From positions 1 through 11,227 of the forward strand of contig JBFRWD010000079.1 of the NCBI GenBank assembly GCA_051439425.1: a stretch of 11,227 bases of DNA, given 5' to 3'. A program made the position numbers and the translations under genes. This DNA comes from Synechococcus sp. Its GTDB lineage: Bacteria; Cyanobacteriota; Cyanobacteriia; Thermostichales; PCC-7336. Positions 6,475 through 11,227 of the stretch are shown here, in pieces. The notes beneath the pieces were generated by a model. That model saw only the letters and a program-made list of their open reading frames with translations. It was not told the DNA's origin and searched no databases. The stretch's first letter is position 1; the number at the start of each line of letters is the position of its first letter.

Positions 6475-7265
6475 TTTCCGTCGAGCAGATAGAGGTGACC
6501 TTCAATCCCAACACCGCGATGGAAACCAAAGCACTGCGGGGAATAAATCTAACGATTCCATCTAGACAGTTTGTGACGGTAATTGGCAGCAATGGGGCAG
6601 GAAAATCCACGCTGCTCAAGGCGATTAGTGGGGATGTGAATTGCGATCGCGGTTCGGTCTCGATCGACAGTCGGATCGTGACTCGTTGGTCTGCTCCCCG
6701 GCGTGCCAAGTTAGTGGCTCGCGTCTTTCAAGATCCGCTGGCGGGCTCGTGTGCCGACCTGACCATTGCTGAAAACATGGCCCTGGCTTACCGCCGGGGA
6801 CGATGGAGATCGCTGGCCTCTGGGGTTCCCCCCGGGATGATGGCGGAATTTCGCCGCCACGTTACCCGTCTCAATTTGGGCTTGGAGAATCGACTGGGCG
6901 ATCGGATGGGATTATTGTCGGGAGGGCAGCGGCAGGCGGTGAGTTTGTTGATGGCGACGCTGGCGCCGCGCAAAATTCTGTTGCTGGACGAGCATACGGC
7001 AGCCCTCGATCCCAAGACAGCAGCTTACGTGACTAACCTGACGCGCGAGATTGTGGCAGAGCAGCAGTTGACGACATTGATGGTGACCCACAGCATGCGG
7101 CAAGCGTTGGATTTAGGCGATCGCACGTTGATGCTGCACGAAGGCCAGATTGTGTTTGATGTTGCGGGAGAGGAGCGATCGCGATTAGACGTGCCCGATC
7201 TCCTGCGTATGTTTGAAGAGGTACGGGGGGAAGAACTGGTGAATGACTCTTTACTGTTGAGCTAA
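6471..7265 (+). CDS. ABC transporter ATP-binding protein (COG1101 type), 264 aa
   Basis: Walker A GSNGAGKS, Q-loop VFQDP, signature LSGGQ, Walker B LLLDEHTAALDP, H-loop VTH. ATG 6471 overlaps the permease stop (ATGA). Confidence 0.94.
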   Translation: MISVEQIEVTFNPNTAMETKALRGINLTIPSRQFVTVIGSNGAGKSTLLKAISGDVNCDRGSVSIDSRIVTRWSAPRRAKLVARVFQDPLAGSCADLTIAENMALAYRRGRWRSLASGVPPGMMAEFRRHVTRLNLGLENRLGDRMGLLSGGQRQAVSLLMATLAPRKILLLDEHTAALDPKTAAYVTNLTREIVAEQQLTTLMVTHSMRQALDLGDRTLMLHEGQIVFDVAGEERSRLDVPDLLRMFEEVRGEELVNDSLLLS

Positions 7266-7587
7266 TGCACATCAACAGCTCCGAAGTCACTGCCATGGTG
7301 TCTCGGGTTGAGATACACCAAACGATTTCTTCGGCTTTCAATGGTACCTGTCTCGATATAGCGATCGGCAATCCGCTATGGAGACTTCCCTAACTACTTT
7401 TCCTTGAAAATCAAGTATTTTCGCGCTCTCAACCCTCCAGACCTTACAGCGGATTGCTATAAATCTCAGGCTCTGAAAAAGGGGATTGTAATGGGAAATC
7501 ACGCTCAGTTAGCAGGCAAGCCAGAATAGGGGAGTAACTCAGTTCGAAATCGACCCCGATCCAAGACCCATTTAGTCGAGGGTAGCA

Positions 7588-10565
7588 ATGGTTTCGCCAG
7601 CAAAAAATCGCCAAGTTTACGAGGCAGCCACTCAATCTATTGGCCATGAATTACTAGCGGCAACGCGATCGCCAACAGGGTTAGTCGCCCAACTGCAAGA
7701 ACAATTGCGCTGGGACGATCGCTTGCTGGGCTGGATGATGGACAATCCCCATCTGCGGGTGCAGTTGTTTCGGCTGATTGATTGCCTCCCCTCTCTGAGC
7801 GATCCGGCGGACATCGCCCGCCACTTGCAGGAATATTTAGTGAATCCGGCAGTAGAGCTTCCACCCGCTCTGAAATCGCTGCTTGAATTCCCCCAGCCCA
7901 ATTCCATTCCCGGTCGTCTGGCAGCAACCACCTTTACAACCGCAGTAAGCGCGCTAGCGCGGAAATACATTGCCGGAGACACCATCGAGCAAACGCTGCA
8001 GACGATCGCGCGACTGCGAAAAAACAACCTGGGATTCACCCTCGATCTGTTAGGGGAAGCTGTGGTGTCGGAAACCGAAGCGCAACAGTATCTAGAGCAC
8101 TACTTGGAGACAATGGCAGCGCTGAGTCGGGCTGCAGCATCATGGGCAGAGGTGCCGGACGTGGATCGAGCCGATGGTCAACAACTGGCTCGTGTCCAAG
8201 TATCGGTCAAGCTGACAGCGTTTTATTCCCAGTTCAATCCCTTGGACGTAGAGGGGAGTCGGAACGGGGTGGGAGATCGCATTCGCACCTTACTCAGGCG
8301 GGCGCGAGAGCTCGGGGTCGCGGTGCATTTCGATATGGAGCAGTACGCCTACAAATCCCTGACCATCTCGATCTTGCAAGAGTTGCTGATGGAGGAGGAA
8401 TTTCGAGATCGGGACGACATCGGAGTAACCCTGCAGGCGTACTTACGAGATAGCAAAACAGATTTGCGGAGCTGGATTACATGGGCTAAGCAGAGAGGCA
8501 CACCGGTAACCGTGCGCTTGGTGAAAGGGGCCTATTGGGATTCGGAAACTATCCATGCCATCCAGAATCACTGGTCACAGCCGGTGTTCAACAGTAAGGA
8601 GCTAACGGACTCCAATTTCGAGTGGCTGACTCAGGAGCTGCTAGAACACCACGAATATCTGTACGCAGCGATTGGCAGCCACAATGTCAGATCGCAAGCC
8701 AAGGCAATCGCGATCGCCCGCGAACGACAAATCCCGTCTCGACACATCGAACTGCAGGTGCTGTACGGTATGGCGGATCCACTAGCCAAAGCACTGGTTG
8801 GGCAAGGAATGCGAGTCAGAATTTACGCCCCCAGCGGCGAACTTATTCCTGGCATGTCCTACTTAATTCGACGATTGCTGGAGAATACAGCCAATACGTC
8901 TTTCCTCAGGCAACGGGTGGGCAAGGTTGCTGACGATGTTTTATTGGCCGAGCCTGACGAGCACCAAACGGAGCAAGCGCTAGCAGAGTACGAGCCGCAG
9001 TTCGAACAGGCTCCTCTGACAGACTTCAGTCAAGTTGACGCTCGCGACCGTGCTCTTGAGGCAATACAAACTGTTAGGCAGAAGTTGGGTCAAACGTATC
9101 GCCCGTTGATTGATGGAGACTGGATCGATACCGATCGCCAAATCCTGTCGCTCAACCCCTCCATGCCATCCGAAGTGGTGGGACAGGTCAACCTATGCGG
9201 CCTGCCAGAACTGCAACGAGCGATCGCAGCGGCAACAGCAGCTCTGCCAGTTTGGAGGGCAACAGCCGTTAGCGAGCGATCGGCCCTCCTGAGACGGATC
9301 GCAGATCGTATGCAAGCTCGACAGGCCGAGCTTGCCGCGTGGATTGTGCTGGAAGTAGGCAAACCCCTGAAGCAAGCTGATGCGGATGTCGCCGAGGCGA
9401 TTGATTTCTGCCGCTATTACGCCTTCGAAATGGAACGGCTGGAGGTGGGAGAACGCTACGATCTACCCGGCGAAACCAACCGCTATCGCTATCGCTCTCG
9501 CGGCATTACCGCCGTCATCTCCCCGTGGAATTTCCCTCTCGCTATTCCCACCGGCATGACGGTAGCCTCGCTAGTCACGGGCAACTGCACAATTCTGAAA
9601 CCCTCTCAGCAGTCTTGCGTCATTGCCGCCAAGTTTGCGGAGATTGTGGCAGAGGCTGGCGTACCGTCTGGGGTATTCCAGTTTGTGCCGGGCTCGGGCT
9701 CGGAAGTGGGCGCTCGTTAGTTCGCAGTCCGAACGTGCATACGATTGTGTTCACTGGATCGCAGCAAGTGGGGTGCGAGATTTATGCAGAGGCGGCGGTG
9801 CTGCAACCGGGACAAAACCATCTCAAGCGAACCATTGCGGAGATGGGAGGCAAGAATGCCATCATTGTGGATTCCAGTGCAGATATAGACAAAGCCGTGC
9901 AAGGGATTGTGCTGTCTGCGTTTGGGTATAGCGGTCAAAAATGTTCCGCTTGTTCGCGAGTTATTGTCTTACAGCCCGTTTACGACGAGTTCGTTCGGAG
10001 GTTGCTCGATGCAACGCGCTCCCTGTCGGTGGGTCAAGCAGATTGGCCGGGGACGGTTGTTGGCCCCGTCATTGAGGAGGCATCTCAGCAGCGAATTCGA
10101 GAGGCGATCTCCGCCGCTAAGGCGGAAGCTACGTTGGCTCTACAATTACCGGCCCCCGATGACGGCTATTTTGTTGGGCCGAGCATATTTGTTGATGTAG
10201 CCTCTAATTCCGATCTCGCGCAACAGGAAATCTTCGGGCCGGTGCTGGCAGTCTTGCGCGCAGAAACGTTTGATGAAGCGATCTCCATTGCCAATTCGAC
10301 CCCTTACGCATTGACAGGCGGTCTGTACTCGCGAACACCATCTCACATCGTGCAAGCACGACAAGACTTTGAGGTGGGCAACCTATACATTAATCGGTCC
10401 ATTACTGGGGCGATTGTGGGGCGGCAACCGTTTGGCGGCTTCAAGTTGTCTGGAGTGGGCTCGAAGGCTGGCGGATTGGACTATTTGCTACAATTCCTGG
10501 AACCCCAAACCGTGACGGAGAACGTCCAACGACAGGGCTTTGCCCCAATCGAGCCAATCCAATAG
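7588..10565 (+). pseudogene. putA: Bifunctional proline dehydrogenase / P5C (glutamate semialdehyde) dehydrogenase, frameshifted at ~9717 (pseudogene or sequencing error)
   Basis: PRODH motifs (DLLGE, SVKLT, FDME, RLVKGAYWD, SHN, YLIRRLLENTANTSF) and the first half of the ALDH domain (ISPWNFPLAI) lie in 7588-9720. FTGS, EMGGKN, GQKCSAC, EIFGP and QPFGG lie in the -1 frame to 10565. Adding one base gives a ~992-aa protein. Confidence 0.93.
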
Positions 10566-10669
10566 TCGTAGGTAATTGAACCAGGACATCGTGAAGGAAT
10601 GCGAAGAGTTTCCAGCTAGACGCCGCTTGGGTTGCTTGATATAACGGATGTAAAGCCAAGGCAAACATT

Positions 10670-10921
10670 ATGTTGCAAGACTACAGGCTAATTCGCAATT
10701 ACCAGGCCATGACGGATGCCATGGTCGACATGTGGCAACGTGGATATCGCTCCGACGACCTGCGACTCATTATTGATGGCTATATTTTGGCCCTCAGAAC
10801 CCAAGGAACCTTCGAGCCATTCGAAATCCGTCGTTTGGAAGATGAGACCATTCGTTTTTTGCACGACTCAGCCAATTTCGAACCTCCCGTACCACAGCCT
10901 GAAATTCTTCCGAGATACTAG
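10670..10921 (+). CDS. Small conserved cyanobacterial hypothetical protein (DUF6761-like), 83 aa
   Basis: MLQD...IR.YQ..TDA.V.MW.RGYR.DDLR...DGY..ALR...EP..I.RLE.E..R.L.D..NF pattern recalled from cyanobacterial homologues. The family name is tentative. Confidence 0.75.
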   Translation: MLQDYRLIRNYQAMTDAMVDMWQRGYRSDDLRLIIDGYILALRTQGTFEPFEIRRLEDETIRFLHDSANFEPPVPQPEILPRY

Positions 10922-11033
10922 CTTGCTAGCGCTCGGTATTTGGGTGATTGATATTGAAGCACTGGCAGTCATCCGACCGTGAATTACTTGTCGCTCTAAG
11001 CATTTGCTCTGGCATCGGCGATATCGGTTGTAC

Positions 11034-11227
11034 TTACAGCAGGCTGCCGGAAATCATGCCTGCGAGCAGAACAAACCCAACAGTGACATTCTGACGAAAG
11101 ATCTTAGGAAATATGCTGCGAGGAGGCTGCGGTTCGTGCAGCTTTTTTGTTTGCCAGGCCCACATGAGGCAAGCGACCAGCAGAGCCAGATAGTACGTCA
11201 GGCTAAGCTTGAGCAGCAAGCCGGTAC
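11034..11227 (-). CDS. ubiA: UbiA-family prenyltransferase (4-hydroxybenzoate solanesyltransferase-like), 3' end only, runs off the window
   Basis: The frame is open to the window edge. The hydrophobic C-terminus W.WQ...IFRQNVTVGFVLLAGMISG matches the cyanobacterial UbiA ending as recalled. Confidence 0.75.
   Translation of the reverse strand, partial: TGLLLKLSLTYYLALLVACLMWAWQTKKLHEPQPPRSIFPKIFRQNVTVGFVLLAGMISGSLL

Larger units (their letters stand above)
277..9227. repeat. HIP1 octamer (GCGATCGC), dispersed
   Basis: Found by eye at 277, 649, 1418, 4748, 5228, 5737, 6345, 6643, 7117, 7175, 7665, 8710 and 9220. The count may be incomplete. Confidence 0.9.

Noticed and set aside
7444..7647. 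67-aa ORF divergent from putA
   Set aside because: It overlaps the putA start, shows no recognisable features and lies in probable promoter DNA.
9525..9716. Independent start for the 346-aa ORF 9525..10565
   Set aside because: Its first 64 codons are an out-of-frame shadow of putA. ALDH homology begins only at ~9717.
9705..9725. Programmed ribosomal frameshift in putA
   Set aside because: No X_XXY_YYZ slippery heptamer, and a -1 slip from CGT to TCG would not allow tRNA re-pairing. A mutation or sequencing error is simpler.
1..11227. tRNA, rRNA, known riboswitch or anti-phage defence system
   Set aside because: No cloverleaf, rRNA-like sequence, recognisable riboswitch consensus or defence-gene motifs were seen.

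Overview
Cyanobacterial chromosomal window, judged from at least 13 HIP1 octamers (GCGATCGC), ycf34, a DUF3155-like gene and a CpcD-like domain. From left to right on the - strand: a TPR protein, a YjbQ-family gene and ycf34, with an 829-bp degenerate IS5-family element between ycf34 and yjbQ. Next come a DUF3155-like gene (+) with a clear sigma70 promoter and a structured 5' leader, a bidirectional terminator, and an unusual ~215-aa gene (-) that appears to fuse an IF2 N-terminal-like domain to a phycobilisome CpcD-like linker domain. These are followed by a three-gene amino-acid-type ABC importer (+), putA (+) split by a one-base frameshift, a small conserved cyanobacterial ORF (+) and the 3' end of a UbiA-type prenyltransferase (-). 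The most interesting observations are the IF2_N-CpcD fusion, the attenuator-like leader and the putA frameshift. All family assignments come from motif recognition by eye; no database searches were run.
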